Assembly (NCBI GenBank): GCA_020854065.1
Contig: JADZGF010000016.1
Span: 20,784 to 84,783 of the forward strand
Origin: Candidatus Nomurabacteria bacterium
GTDB lineage: Bacteria; Patescibacteriota; Minisyncoccia; Phycocordibacterales; SBAW01
DNA length: 64,000 nt
Direction: 5' to 3'
Position 1 is the first letter of the stretch, and the number at the start of each line of letters is the position of its first letter. Made by a program: the position numbers and the translations under genes. Positions 19,813 to 28,652 of the stretch are shown one piece after another. The notes beneath the pieces were generated by a model. That model was not told the DNA's origin. It worked only from the letters and a program-made list of their open reading frames with translations, and did no database searches.

Positions 19813-20650
19813 TATTCATTTGTACTCGTATCACTTCGACATTGAAGGCCTTGAGCGTCTCAAGAGCCGCAACAAGTGAGTACCCTTCTGCGAAGTAGAG
19901 CCGACGCAAGCCCGCGCTGATGCATGCACTCGCACACGGCGGACACGGAAAGGTGGTGACATAGAGGTCACAGCCCTCTGTCTTGATGCCACGACGAGCC
20001 GCCGCAGTGAGCACAGCGACTTCCGAATGCAATGCAAGCGAAAAGTCGATATGCTGTCCAGCATCAAAGTTGCTGCGTGGATCACCAAAGAGGTAGGCCG
20101 TCTGTTCGGAAGGAAGGTGTTGATTGAAGGAAACCAGCAACGGTTTCCCATCCCGCACAAGCACCGAACCAACCTGTCTCCACCAGTCAGGACTCCGCTG
20201 AGCCGTCTCGGACGCCGATCGCATGAAAGTGCGGTCGAACTCCGTAAACGACACCTCGGTGTCTACATCAGGCACTTGCTTGTTGAGCGTTGCAGTACGA
20301 TCGTACCGAAGTCGCCACCGACCATCAAACGTCACCTGCGCGTTGGGGAAATATGCATCCGCCAAAACTCGAGAGACATCTTCATCCGGCATCACGATAT
20401 CGGAATGAACCACGAAGGAGAGCTTATCCTTCGTCAGAACGCTCACCTGATCAAATATCCCAAGGGATCTGATCATGGTTGCAGTCTCTTCGGGTGTCGG
20501 CGCGGGTAAGTTTCTGGTAAGCGAGGAGAACTCGCTCACAAGATCCGCACCGAGCACCCAAAGCGTACCTCCTGGATACGCGCGGAAGAATTTGAGATAT
20601 CCTCCGTGCGGTGCCGCTACATACGCGACAAGGGTTTTACACCCTTCCAT
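19796..20650 (-). CDS. cytidine/deoxycytidylate deaminase-fold protein with ~190-aa N-terminal domain of unknown function
   Basis: C-terminal HSEVAVL...DLYVTTFPCPPCASACISAG zinc-deaminase motif (H[AS]E...PCxxC); N-terminal half unrecognised. Confidence 0.6.
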   Translation of the reverse strand: MEGCKTLVAYVAAPHGGYLKFFRAYPGGTLWVLGADLVSEFSSLTRNLPAPTPEETATMIRSLGIFDQVSVLTKDKLSFVVHSDIVMPDEDVSRVLADAYFPNAQVTFDGRWRLRYDRTATLNKQVPDVDTEVSFTEFDRTFMRSASETAQRSPDWWRQVGSVLVRDGKPLLVSFNQHLPSEQTAYLFGDPRSNFDAGQHIDFSLALHSEVAVLTAAARRGIKTEGCDLYVTTFPCPPCASACISAGLRRLYFAEGYSLVAALETLKAFNVEVIRVQMNNPPTS

Positions 20651-21326
20651 TTTTGATCTCCTTCAAAACCTTGAGCATCGCAGACTCGACCATGTCTGCA
20701 GCTTGAGCCATGCCCTCCAATGTGAGACGGCTAAGCCGTGCTGAAGAGTTGTCATTGAGTTGCTGCTGAAGGTTAACGATCTGCCCACAATATATTCCTT
20801 GGGCTTTGAGTTTCTTCTCGTCGTTGGTGGATTCCGATATGACGCGTACGTCATGCGGCAGAATTTTGGGCAGTTCCGCGAGCTTGCGTTCGATCGTAAC
20901 GATGTCGGTGCTCCGCGTATGCGCGATCTGTCTCGCCCGTTCCATTTCTGGAACAAAGGGACGTTTCGGTCCCTTGCGAGCACGAGTCAACTCATCGGAA
21001 TCGACTGCAACAACAGTGATCACATGCTCGGCTTTGGGAAATTTTTCTCCTGCCTTGTCCTTCCCAAGTTCGATGTAGTTTTCGTGACCAAGATGTTTGA
21101 GATCCCACGTGCCCATAATGAGCACGATCACGCATCCCATGGAGCGCAAGATATCGACGAGCTTAATCAGTTCGTCGTGATTTTCCATGAAGCGGTCGTC
21201 AAACCGAGCCGTCCCCGAAATGATCCGTTGAGCACGGAGCATCAGAGGATCGGGCTTTCGAGGACGATACTTGGAGCGCCCGGTACCATTGCCAGGTTTT
21301 CCATTCACGTGCCTTTTTACCATCAC
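20637..21326 (-). CDS. HxGH-type nucleotidyltransferase-fold protein (cytidylyl/adenylyl-transferase-like)
   Basis: GTWDLKHLGHENYIELGK resembles the (T/H)xGH signature of class I nucleotidyltransferases; rest unknown. Confidence 0.5.
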   Translation of the reverse strand: MMVKRHVNGKPGNGTGRSKYRPRKPDPLMLRAQRIISGTARFDDRFMENHDELIKLVDILRSMGCVIVLIMGTWDLKHLGHENYIELGKDKAGEKFPKAEHVITVVAVDSDELTRARKGPKRPFVPEMERARQIAHTRSTDIVTIERKLAELPKILPHDVRVISESTNDEKKLKAQGIYCGQIVNLQQQLNDNSSARLSRLTLEGMAQAADMVESAMLKVLKEIKNGRV

Positions 21327-21441
21327 TCACCTCTCAAAGGACAGAGTTATTCCGTAAAAACCTTACCAATACGCAGATGGGTTGTGCAAAGGGATTTTGA
21401 TAGGTATAGTTTTGCCGGAAATCATTCCAGAGGAGCGGCAT

Positions 21442-21978
21442 ATGACAGAGAAACCTGTCCGCCTTGATATCTGCATCATTGCCGCTATGACACCAAGCGG
21501 TGTTATTGGGAGATCCGGCACCTTGCCGTGGCGTATGCCAAGCGATCTGCAACGGTTTCGGCACCTCACACTGGGGCACAGTGTGGTTATGGGGTACAAG
21601 ACCTTTGCCGAGATTATTGCTCGCAGAGGCGCTCCACTTACGGAGCGCATAAACTATGTAGTGACAAACCACCATGTGGATCAAGTGCGTCAAAGTGGGG
21701 CTACGCCACTGCGCACTCTCTACGGAGGTGTTGCTGACACATGGCTCAACGCAAAGGAATATTACATTATTGGTGGCCGAAGTCTCTACGAAGAGGCATT
21801 AAGCCGAGCAGACCGGATGTTGCTGACCATAATCGAAGCTGATGTTGTAGGAGATGTCTACTTCCCCACCATCGATTACTCTCAATGGCATCTCGTTCGT
21901 GAGACAGAAATTACTCGTTTTGATCCACGAGACGAACATCCAAGCCGCTTCAAAGAATACGAGCGTATTAAGCGCTAG
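21442..21978 (+). CDS. folA: dihydrofolate reductase
   Basis: ICIIAAM...GVIGRSGTLPW...VVMGYKTF DHFR motifs; start at MTEKP. Confidence 0.85.
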   Translation: MTEKPVRLDICIIAAMTPSGVIGRSGTLPWRMPSDLQRFRHLTLGHSVVMGYKTFAEIIARRGAPLTERINYVVTNHHVDQVRQSGATPLRTLYGGVADTWLNAKEYYIIGGRSLYEEALSRADRMLLTIIEADVVGDVYFPTIDYSQWHLVRETEITRFDPRDEHPSRFKEYERIKR

Positions 21979-21985
21979 CAACAAA

Positions 21986-22022
21986 GACCCGTCCGGAATT
22001 TCCGGACGGGTCATTTCTTTTT
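21986..22022. terminator. bidirectional terminator after folA
   Basis: GACCCGTCCGGAA-a-TTCCGGACGGGTC then atttcttttt. Confidence 0.6.
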
Positions 22023-22028
22023 ACGCAC

Positions 22029-22325
22029 TCAAAGCGCATCTTCTTTCTGTCGCAGATGCACCGTGGCGCACTTGCGATCCATCTCATCGCGAAGTGCGGT
22101 GAGCACTTCTCCAACCGAATAGTCGCCATCATTGCACATCTGGAGAGCTGAAAACATTTTCCGCCCCACATCCTGCAAGCTTGGCTTGGGGAGTTCAACC
22201 CCTTCGATCCTAAGTGGCTTTGTCCGCTCCTTCACATGCGCGAGAAGCGCGCGAAGTTCCGCCGGCGGCACACGAGACATGAGTGGCACTCCTCTTTCTA
22301 TACTGGCCAAACGCCAGCCTACCAT
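22029..22325 (-). CDS. hypothetical protein
   Basis: 98-aa ORF between terminators; no family recognised. Confidence 0.3.
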   Translation of the reverse strand: MVGWRLASIERGVPLMSRVPPAELRALLAHVKERTKPLRIEGVELPKPSLQDVGRKMFSALQMCNDGDYSVGEVLTALRDEMDRKCATVHLRQKEDAL

Positions 22326-22360
22326 GAAAAACCGCCCGGAGGGCCGGGCGGTTTCAAAAC

Positions 22361-22783
22361 TTATTTAATCTCTACTCCCATCGAACGGGCAGAACCCGCG
22401 ATGATCTTGAATGCTGCCTCAGGATCATTTGCCGAGAGGTCAGGCATTTTCTTTGCTGCAATGTCAGCAACTTGTGCTTTGGTGAGAGTGCCGATTTTAG
22501 AGGTATTCGGCTTGCCGCTTCCCTTCTCTTTGCCGAGTGCTTTGAGGATCAAAGACGATGCAGGAGGAGTTTTGAGGACGAAATCATAGGTGCGGTCTTC
22601 ATAGACCGAGATTTCTGCAGGAACCAAGTCACCGCGCATGTCTTTCGAGGCGTCGTTGAACTTCTTCAGAAACTCGCCAATGTTAATACCAGCAGGGCCA
22701 AGCACCTGACCCATAGCAGGAGTCATAGCGGCTGCGCCACCCTGGGCAATAATTTTGATTTTTTTAACTACCTTTTTTGCCAT
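22361..22783 (-). CDS. rplK: 50S ribosomal protein L11
   Basis: AGINIGEFLKKFN...PPASSLILKA signature; followed by a CCGCCCGG/CCGGGCGG hairpin rather than rplA. Confidence 0.9.
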   Translation of the reverse strand: MAKKVVKKIKIIAQGGAAAMTPAMGQVLGPAGINIGEFLKKFNDASKDMRGDLVPAEISVYEDRTYDFVLKTPPASSLILKALGKEKGSGKPNTSKIGTLTKAQVADIAAKKMPDLSANDPEAAFKIIAGSARSMGVEIK

Positions 22784-22802
22784 AAAGCTTTAAGAGAATA
22801 CG

Positions 22803-23354
22803 TTAGATACGCTTGATTTGCAAGAAATCGAGTTCAACTGGGGTTTCGCGACCAAACATGGCAACCAGCACCTTTACCTTGCCACGGGCCTCATCAACCT
22901 CCCCTACTTTGCCATCAAGATCCTTAAATGGACCATCAACGATAACGACTGAGTCGCCAACCGTGACATCAATCGCGTGGCGGGTAGTACCTTCAGTTGC
23001 CTGCATGCGACCCAAAAGGGTGTTTACCTCATCTGGGCGGAGTGGAACTGGGTTTACACCACTTCCAACGAAGCCTGTTACGCGCGGCGTGTTGCGCACT
23101 ACATACCAAGACTGGTCATCCACGATCATATCGACGAGCACGTAGCCGGGATACACTTTCTCCTCTTCCTCAACACGGCGGCCACCTTTAATCTTGATTG
23201 TTTTCTCGGTAGGGACAATAACCTGGAAAATCTTTTCCGAGAGACCGAGAGACTCAATGCGCTGGCGCAAGTTACGCGCTACGGCATTTTCATAACCGGC
23301 ATATGTGTGAATGGCGTACCATGCGCGCCCAACGCTTGTATCTTGTTTAGACAT
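22803..23354 (-). CDS. nusG: transcription antitermination factor NusG
   Basis: NGN domain (WYAIHTYAGYE) and KOW (GDSVVIVDGPFKDLDGKV). Confidence 0.9.
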   Translation of the reverse strand: MSKQDTSVGRAWYAIHTYAGYENAVARNLRQRIESLGLSEKIFQVIVPTEKTIKIKGGRRVEEEEKVYPGYVLVDMIVDDQSWYVVRNTPRVTGFVGSGVNPVPLRPDEVNTLLGRMQATEGTTRHAIDVTVGDSVVIVDGPFKDLDGKVGEVDEARGKVKVLVAMFGRETPVELDFLQIKRI

Positions 23355-23359
23355 GGCAG

Positions 23360-23530
23360 TTAGACAATACGGGTAATGAGGGTGGAAAATATATAGTCGA
23401 GCGCACCCAAATAGAGTGCGGTTGCAATAGAGACCGCCAACACCACAATGGTGTACATAATAGTAGTCCGGCGTGATGGCCAGCTGACGTGATTGAGCTC
23501 TGCACGAACGTCTTTAAAGTAGGTAAACAT
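23360..23530 (-). CDS. secE: preprotein translocase subunit SecE (56 aa, absent from ORF track)
   Basis: Hand translation: MFTYFKDVRAELNHVSWPSRRTTIMYTIVVLAVSIATALYLGALDYIFSTLITRIV; matches SecE (E.RAEL.KV.WP...TT..T..V) and lies directly upstream of nusG. Confidence 0.6.
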   Translation of the reverse strand: MFTYFKDVRAELNHVSWPSRRTTIMYTIVVLAVSIATALYLGALDYIFSTLITRIV

Positions 23531-23614
23531 AGTGTCTATAAGAGATTCTCTTAAGAAAAAACCCCCTGCTGGGGTCTTTTCTGAAGAGTACTCCTTTTAC
23601 GCCCTCTCGTCAAG

Positions 23615-24421
23615 TTAGCGAATTTCGTAGGTAACTGAGACGTTTGAGACGACTTTATTCTCCCCGGTTGAGATCTCTGGCGCCTTGTTAGAGGCATCCT
23701 GAGCCATGGTTTCCATGCCGCCGCGACCATATGCCACTGGGTACGGATAGCCGCCGTTTGATTCAGTAAAGGAGACTACACGGACCAGAGATACACCGAG
23801 CTCTCGTGCGAGCTTCTCTGCCTGAGATTTTGCATCAGCAATAGCTGCTCCACGTGCCTCATCCTCGCCCTGATGTGGATCATCAAAGGTAAAGTTAAGA
23901 CCCGAGACCTCGGTTGCACCGCGGGTCCCTACCCCTGCGAGAAGATCCCCTGCCTGGGCAATGTCACGCACCTTAACTGTGGTTGATTGACGTACCTCAT
24001 AGCCGCGCAACACCTGGCGACCTGATGGGCAGCTGCCATTGAGGCAGGCCTCTTGCACCCAGTCATATTGCGGGTAGATCGAGTAATTGCTGGTCTGAAT
24101 ATCACGTTCAGCGACACCCACCTCTTTGAGGTACGCGACCGTAGCGTTGCTCTTAGTAGTAGCTTCTGTTTGTGCGGCTTCGACAGTCGGTTTTAGAGAA
24201 ACGACTGAGTACGTAAAAGTTGCAAGGTCAGGCACACCACTTGCCTCTCCATATCCAGAGACGGTGATTGTGTTAGCGGGCATAACTCCGGCGCCGATGT
24301 AGCGCATAGCCATAACCTCGCTAAATGCCTTAAGACCCAAAAAGACCGCTAACAGAATCACGACAACAAATACCGCTGTACGTGTTCGATCGCCCAAAGG
24401 ACCGTTAAATAATGCGTCCAT
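23615..24421 (-). CDS. SIMPL (DUF541) domain protein
   Basis: N-terminal TM, LRGYEVRQSTTVKVRD...ARGAAIADAKSQAEKLARELG. Confidence 0.7.
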   Translation of the reverse strand: MDALFNGPLGDRTRTAVFVVVILLAVFLGLKAFSEVMAMRYIGAGVMPANTITVSGYGEASGVPDLATFTYSVVSLKPTVEAAQTEATTKSNATVAYLKEVGVAERDIQTSNYSIYPQYDWVQEACLNGSCPSGRQVLRGYEVRQSTTVKVRDIAQAGDLLAGVGTRGATEVSGLNFTFDDPHQGEDEARGAAIADAKSQAEKLARELGVSLVRVVSFTESNGGYPYPVAYGRGGMETMAQDASNKAPEISTGENKVVSNVSVTYEIR

Positions 24422-24452
24422 GAAATTAGGATAAACGAATAATGCTTCGTAC

Positions 24453-25139
24453 CTATTGACGAGCCCCGAGCGCAGTTATTACCGCCTTAAATTGCTCGTA
24501 TGGCAGCGCACCCGAAACGGGCACTTGCGCACCGTAGCCATACACCACAGTATACGGCGTCCCGGTACCGCCCGATGCATATGCTTCACCAGCGTGGCGA
24601 TCAATCAATTCATCATATACACCAGACGCAACACATGTGTTGTACGTTATCGGATTAACACCCAGACTGTTTCCAACCGATGCATACAACCCTGCGCCCA
24701 TAGCCTGCTGATTGGCAAACACTTCGTCGAGGAAGGTCCAAAAACCACTATCACCTAACTGTGCAGCAATACACTCGCTCGCAATCGCTGCAGGGCGCGC
24801 CTCAGGATGAATACTCTCAAGTGGGAAATGTCTGTAGATCCACGCAATCTCTCCGTCACTTTCATCAACTAACCGTTTCAGTGTTGGATTTACCCGGTCA
24901 CAAAATGGGCACTGGAAGTCCGAATACTCAATTAAAAATACACTTGCTGTGCGGGAACCATATACATGGTCTTCCGTAGTCGGCGCAGGAACGTTCGCTT
25001 GTGCATAGCCACTATTCTCTTGCGGCACCGCAGCAGCGGCAGGACCAGGATAGCGGTTCACAAATACAATAGCTGCAGCAATAATGACGCCGCAGATGAT
25101 GATCGCGACGGGTGGTGTTATCTCTATCTTTTTAGGCAT
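24453..25139 (-). CDS. DsbA-like thioredoxin-fold thiol:disulfide oxidoreductase, membrane-anchored
   Basis: CPFC active site (YSDFQCPFCDR); start at MPKKIEI to abut mscL. Confidence 0.7.
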   Translation of the reverse strand: MPKKIEITPPVAIIICGVIIAAAIVFVNRYPGPAAAAVPQENSGYAQANVPAPTTEDHVYGSRTASVFLIEYSDFQCPFCDRVNPTLKRLVDESDGEIAWIYRHFPLESIHPEARPAAIASECIAAQLGDSGFWTFLDEVFANQQAMGAGLYASVGNSLGVNPITYNTCVASGVYDELIDRHAGEAYASGGTGTPYTVVYGYGAQVPVSGALPYEQFKAVITALGARQ

Positions 25140-25146
25140 GAAGGTA

Positions 25147-25539
25147 CTATACCACCTCCCCCTTCTCTTTTTTAAGTAAATCGCGGATTTCCTCGAGCAA
25201 ACGCACGTCATCCGGCTTGGCCGAAGGCGGTATGTCATCATTTCGGAAGAGTCTCTCGCGTGCTGCAGCAAGCAGTTTAAAGACGGCGAAGATCGCAAGC
25301 GATATAACGATAAAGTTAAAGATCACTTGGAGAAACGCACCGTAGCGGACCACTACATCGGGACGTACTGCCACAGAAAGCGTTTTGAAATCGACATTGT
25401 TCGTGAGCAAGCCAAGGAGCGGCGTGATAATGTCGCCCACTAACGAGTTAACCACTGCGGTAAACGCGTTGCCCACGACGACTGCAATCGCAAGCTCAAA
25501 TGCATTGCCTTTAATGGCAAAACGTTTGAACTCACTCAT
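25147..25539 (-). CDS. mscL: large-conductance mechanosensitive channel
   Basis: FKRFAIKGNAFELAIAVVVGNAF...GDIITPLLG signature. Confidence 0.85.
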   Translation of the reverse strand: MSEFKRFAIKGNAFELAIAVVVGNAFTAVVNSLVGDIITPLLGLLTNNVDFKTLSVAVRPDVVVRYGAFLQVIFNFIVISLAIFAVFKLLAAARERLFRNDDIPPSAKPDDVRLLEEIRDLLKKEKGEVV

Positions 25540-25570
25540 AAAACCTCCTGCTTTTTTTAGAATCACCATA

Positions 25571-26011
25571 TTACTTTTGTTGGAGCTTTTCTACGCGCTC
25601 TATAAGTTGTGTAAGGCCTGCACGAAGTTCCTCAAGCGTTTTATGCTCCGCGGCATCACGTGCAACCTCCTCTTCCTCGCTTTCGAGAACCTCCTCAACG
25701 TCTTCCTGCATTTCCTCGACATCCTCCTGAATTTCATCGATATCCTCCTGGATTTCGTCGATGTCCTGCTCAACCTCTTCAATTGCCATCGTTTGCGCGT
25801 TCACGCTCATCTGGATAAAGATCGCCAAGTAGATAGCCTCAAGCGAAACAATGGTAGTGAGGATAAGCAGCATGCGATCGATAGGCAAAAAATGGAGCCA
25901 CACTGCAGCAAAGCTTGCCCCAAACACAAGCGTGTGCACGACAATAGATTGCGGGCTACCAACCCACCGCGTGACTTTAAGTGCAGTCTTTTCGATACGA
26001 TCTTTTTTCAT
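25571..26011 (-). CDS. membrane protein (DUF1003-like) with acidic EDIDEIQEDVEE repeat tail
   Basis: two TM helices then acidic coiled-coil tail. Confidence 0.45.
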   Translation of the reverse strand: MKKDRIEKTALKVTRWVGSPQSIVVHTLVFGASFAAVWLHFLPIDRMLLILTTIVSLEAIYLAIFIQMSVNAQTMAIEEVEQDIDEIQEDIDEIQEDVEEMQEDVEEVLESEEEEVARDAAEHKTLEELRAGLTQLIERVEKLQQK

Positions 26012-26018
26012 TTGAAAT

Positions 26019-26093
26019 TGGGGTGCCTACAGGGAATTGAACCCTGATCACCGCTGCCACAGAGCGGAGCTTTACCATTAAGCTATAGGCACC
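26019..26093 (-). tRNA. tRNA-His (GTG) with encoded G-1 and CCA
   Basis: Hand-folded cloverleaf: G-1 GTGCCTA..anticodon loop CTGTGGC..T-arm CAGGG TTCAATT CCCTG..TAGGCAC C CCA. Confidence 0.85.
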
Positions 26094-26611
26094 ATGAGCT
26101 TATCCCGCTCCACGGGGTAGCGATGGACAAGATGGTGGCAATTATGGCAGAGATACACGAGGTTTTCAACCTTATTATTCTTACGATTTTTATCAATATG
26201 ATGAACTGCGATAACACGCCTATCTTCAGTTTTGCAAAGTCGACAATATTTTTTCATTCCCGCCCTACTCAACACGCTTCTATAGGAAGATTTTCCATCC
26301 ACATAGTTGGAGTGTTTTTCTCCTATATACAATTGATTTCTCCAACGAGTCTGGCAACTTTTTGAACAGAAGTACTTTCCACTTTTTGAACGCTCAATCA
26401 TCCGAGGAGCGCGGTATATTTCCTTGTCGCACTCATGACACTGCCTGCTCTCTCCTTTCTTTACCCCTTGATACTGACACTTTTTAGAACAATAGCGCCC
26501 CCACCCTTGTCGCACAAAGAAAGGCTTCGTCTTGAATTGCGTGCTGCATACTTCACACGCGCGGACCATGCCTATATTTTCCCCCACACGAGAGAAAGAG
26601 TAAATACACAA
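26078..26611 (-). CDS. HNH endonuclease with tandem N-terminal zinc ribbons
   Basis: AVHHIDKNRKNNKVENLVYLCHNCHHLVH HNH motif; repeated C..C...YCSKKCQ units; AT-richer than surroundings; 3' end overlaps first 16 nt of tRNA-His. Confidence 0.7.
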   Translation of the reverse strand: MCIYSFSRVGENIGMVRACEVCSTQFKTKPFFVRQGWGRYCSKKCQYQGVKKGESRQCHECDKEIYRAPRMIERSKSGKYFCSKSCQTRWRNQLYIGEKHSNYVDGKSSYRSVLSRAGMKKYCRLCKTEDRRVIAVHHIDKNRKNNKVENLVYLCHNCHHLVHRYPVERDKLMVPIA

Positions 26612-26643
26612 GTTTGTGGATATACAGAAGCCTCTCTAAAACC

Positions 26644-27630
26644 CTATATTTTTGCGCGCACCATTTCACGGCGCGAGGATACGTACGCAAAGAGCACAAA
26701 CACTAATCCGATAAGGCCGGTGATAATTTCTGGCACATGGTACACGAGTCCAACTAACATCGATAAGGAAAGGCCGAGTATTGCCCAGTGTGCACCGTGT
26801 TCAAGGTACGGTAGATGCTCAAGTGTGCGCTTGCGAACCAGGTAGAGCGTAATGGCACGGACAAAGTAAGCGCCAATACCAAGACCGATAAAGATAATAA
26901 TGATCTGCGTGGTGATAGCGAAGGCTCCCACTACCCCATCGAGTGAGAATGCTGCGTCGAGTACGTTTAAGTACACGAACAGTGCTGCGGAACTGCGCGC
27001 AATATCGCCTCGATGCTGCCCGAGTGAGTTTGCCAACCCTTGTATGGCAATGAAAAGGACAATACCCACGACACCTGCAGCAAGTACAAGACCTTGCGGC
27101 GCGTGCGCAACATAGGAGAGTGCGAGTATGGCCATAAGCGCAAGTGCTATCTCAATAGCTTCGATACGTCCCCAGCGCTTCATGTGGCGCTCAACCGAGG
27201 CTATCCAGTCAACTTCTTTGGCAGTGTCGAAAAAATACTGGAGCGACACCATCAAAAGAAACACACCACCAAAAGCAAGAATTGCTGGCGATGCATGTTT
27301 AAGGAGTTCGCCATACGCAACGGGATCGTTAAACGCCAACAGTGTTGCGGCCCATGGAGACACCCATGCAGCGATAGCAACGATCAACACCGGCAAGACT
27401 AAGCGCGTACCAAACACTGCAACCAAGATTCCCCACGTCAAAAAGCGGCGACGCCACTTCTCTTCCATGTTTGCGAGCACTTTTGCATTCACCACTGCGT
27501 TATCGAAAGAAAGTGTCACCTCAAGTACCGACAATAATGCCGCAAGCCATAGTGCTGCAAAGCCTCCCCACAGATACGCACCAATAAGTGCTACGATCGA
27601 ACCCACTATCGGACCAATAAAAATATGCAT
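26644..27630 (-). CDS. TerC/DUF475-family integral membrane protein
   Basis: LSFDNAVVNA and SLDGVVGAFAIT paired motifs in polytopic protein. Confidence 0.5.
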   Translation of the reverse strand: MHIFIGPIVGSIVALIGAYLWGGFAALWLAALLSVLEVTLSFDNAVVNAKVLANMEEKWRRRFLTWGILVAVFGTRLVLPVLIVAIAAWVSPWAATLLAFNDPVAYGELLKHASPAILAFGGVFLLMVSLQYFFDTAKEVDWIASVERHMKRWGRIEAIEIALALMAILALSYVAHAPQGLVLAAGVVGIVLFIAIQGLANSLGQHRGDIARSSAALFVYLNVLDAAFSLDGVVGAFAITTQIIIIFIGLGIGAYFVRAITLYLVRKRTLEHLPYLEHGAHWAILGLSLSMLVGLVYHVPEIITGLIGLVFVLFAYVSSRREMVRAKI

Positions 27631-27693
27631 CGCATCATTGTATCAGTGCTGGTAAATTTCCCTAAAATCTCTATACTGAAGCGTGTTCGAAAT

Positions 27694-27778
27694 GCCCAGG
27701 TGGCGGAATTGGTATACGCGTATGCTTGAGGTGCATATGCCGCAAGGCTTGGAGGTTCGAGTCCTCTCCTGGGCACCA
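27694..27778 (+). tRNA. tRNA-Leu (GAG), class II long variable arm, CCA encoded
   Basis: GCCCAGG acceptor, anticodon loop TTGAGGT, variable arm TGCCGCAAGGCT, GGTTCGAGTCC T-loop; followed by GACGTCCCCG/CGGGGACGT hairpin. Confidence 0.85.
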
Positions 27779-27830
27779 CGGAAATAAAGACGTCCCCGCA
27801 CATGCGGGGACGTTTGCGTATATGCAAAGA

Positions 27831-28127
27831 TCACGGATATTTACTTATCTTTCTGTGATGCGCAAGCTTGCGAAGTCCGGCTCGCCGCTGGAGCATATGT
27901 ACAAAAGCTTCTGACTTCCCAAGCTCAGCGGCAAGGATCGCCGAATCGATCATATTGTTTTCGCGCAAAAACTGATCTCGTTCGGGATTCTTGTGACGAG
28001 ACTTTTTCTCATAGTCAAACAACTGCGGTGCATGCACTTTTGCCCGAGGAACACGGGTAATGACGTCATCTGTCATGACTCTCCCCATACTCACTTCACC
28101 AGCGCGCACAATACTCCAGGCATACAA
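27831..28127 (-). CDS. hypothetical small protein, possible HTH
   Basis: 98-aa ORF downstream of rplS; helix-turn-helix-like IDSAILAAELGKSEAFVHMLQRRAG. Confidence 0.3.
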   Translation of the reverse strand: MYAWSIVRAGEVSMGRVMTDDVITRVPRAKVHAPQLFDYEKKSRHKNPERDQFLRENNMIDSAILAAELGKSEAFVHMLQRRAGLRKLAHHRKISKYP

Positions 28128-28140
28128 ACGTTTGCAACTA

Positions 28141-28166
28141 AAAAAACCGGCGAGTGCCGGTTTTTA
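28141..28166. terminator. bidirectional terminator after rplS
   Basis: aaaaAACCGGC-gagt-GCCGGTTttt. Confidence 0.5.
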
Positions 28167-28167
28167 A

Positions 28168-28626
28168 TTACTCCTGGGTTGCTTCTGCTGCAACTTCTTC
28201 TGGAGTCTCTTCGACTGCAGCTGCACGTGGCTCGACTGCAAGCTGGCGACGCATTGCACGCTTCTGATCGCGGGCTGCTTTGTCGCGGATAAAGTAAAGT
28301 TTTGCACGGCGGGTGCGAGTGCGGCGCAACACTTCGACAGAGTCGATGTTTGGCGAGTAGAGAGGGAAAATCTTTTCTACTCCAACACCCGAGGAGACTT
28401 TGCGGACGGTAAAAGTACCACCTGACTCATTGCCGTGCTTAACGGCCAACACAAGTCCCTCAAACGCCTGCTTGCGGACGTTCTTGGTAGTAACCTCTTT
28501 TTTGTTTGCAGCCTTGCCCTTCTTAAGCTCAACAATGTTTTGCCAGACACGAACAACATCGCCCGCGCGCAAACCAAGTGCTGCGCGGTCTTTCATGTTG
28601 ACTGGAGTGATGGTGACCTTGGATTC
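28168..28626 (-). CDS. rplS: 50S ribosomal protein L19 with C-terminal extension
   Basis: [12 protein letters not shown]...GLVLAVKHG...[19 protein letters not shown]. Confidence 0.9.
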   Translation of the reverse strand, partial: ESKVTITPVNMKDRAALGLRAGDVVRVWQNIVELKKGKAANKKEVTTKNVRKQAFEGLVLAVKHGNESGGTFTVRKVSSGVGVEKIFPLYSPNIDSVEVLRRTRTRRAKLYFIRDKAARDQKRAMRRQLAVEPRAAAVEETPEEVAAEATQE

Positions 28627-28652
28627 CATGACCAAAAGAATGTACCACACCC

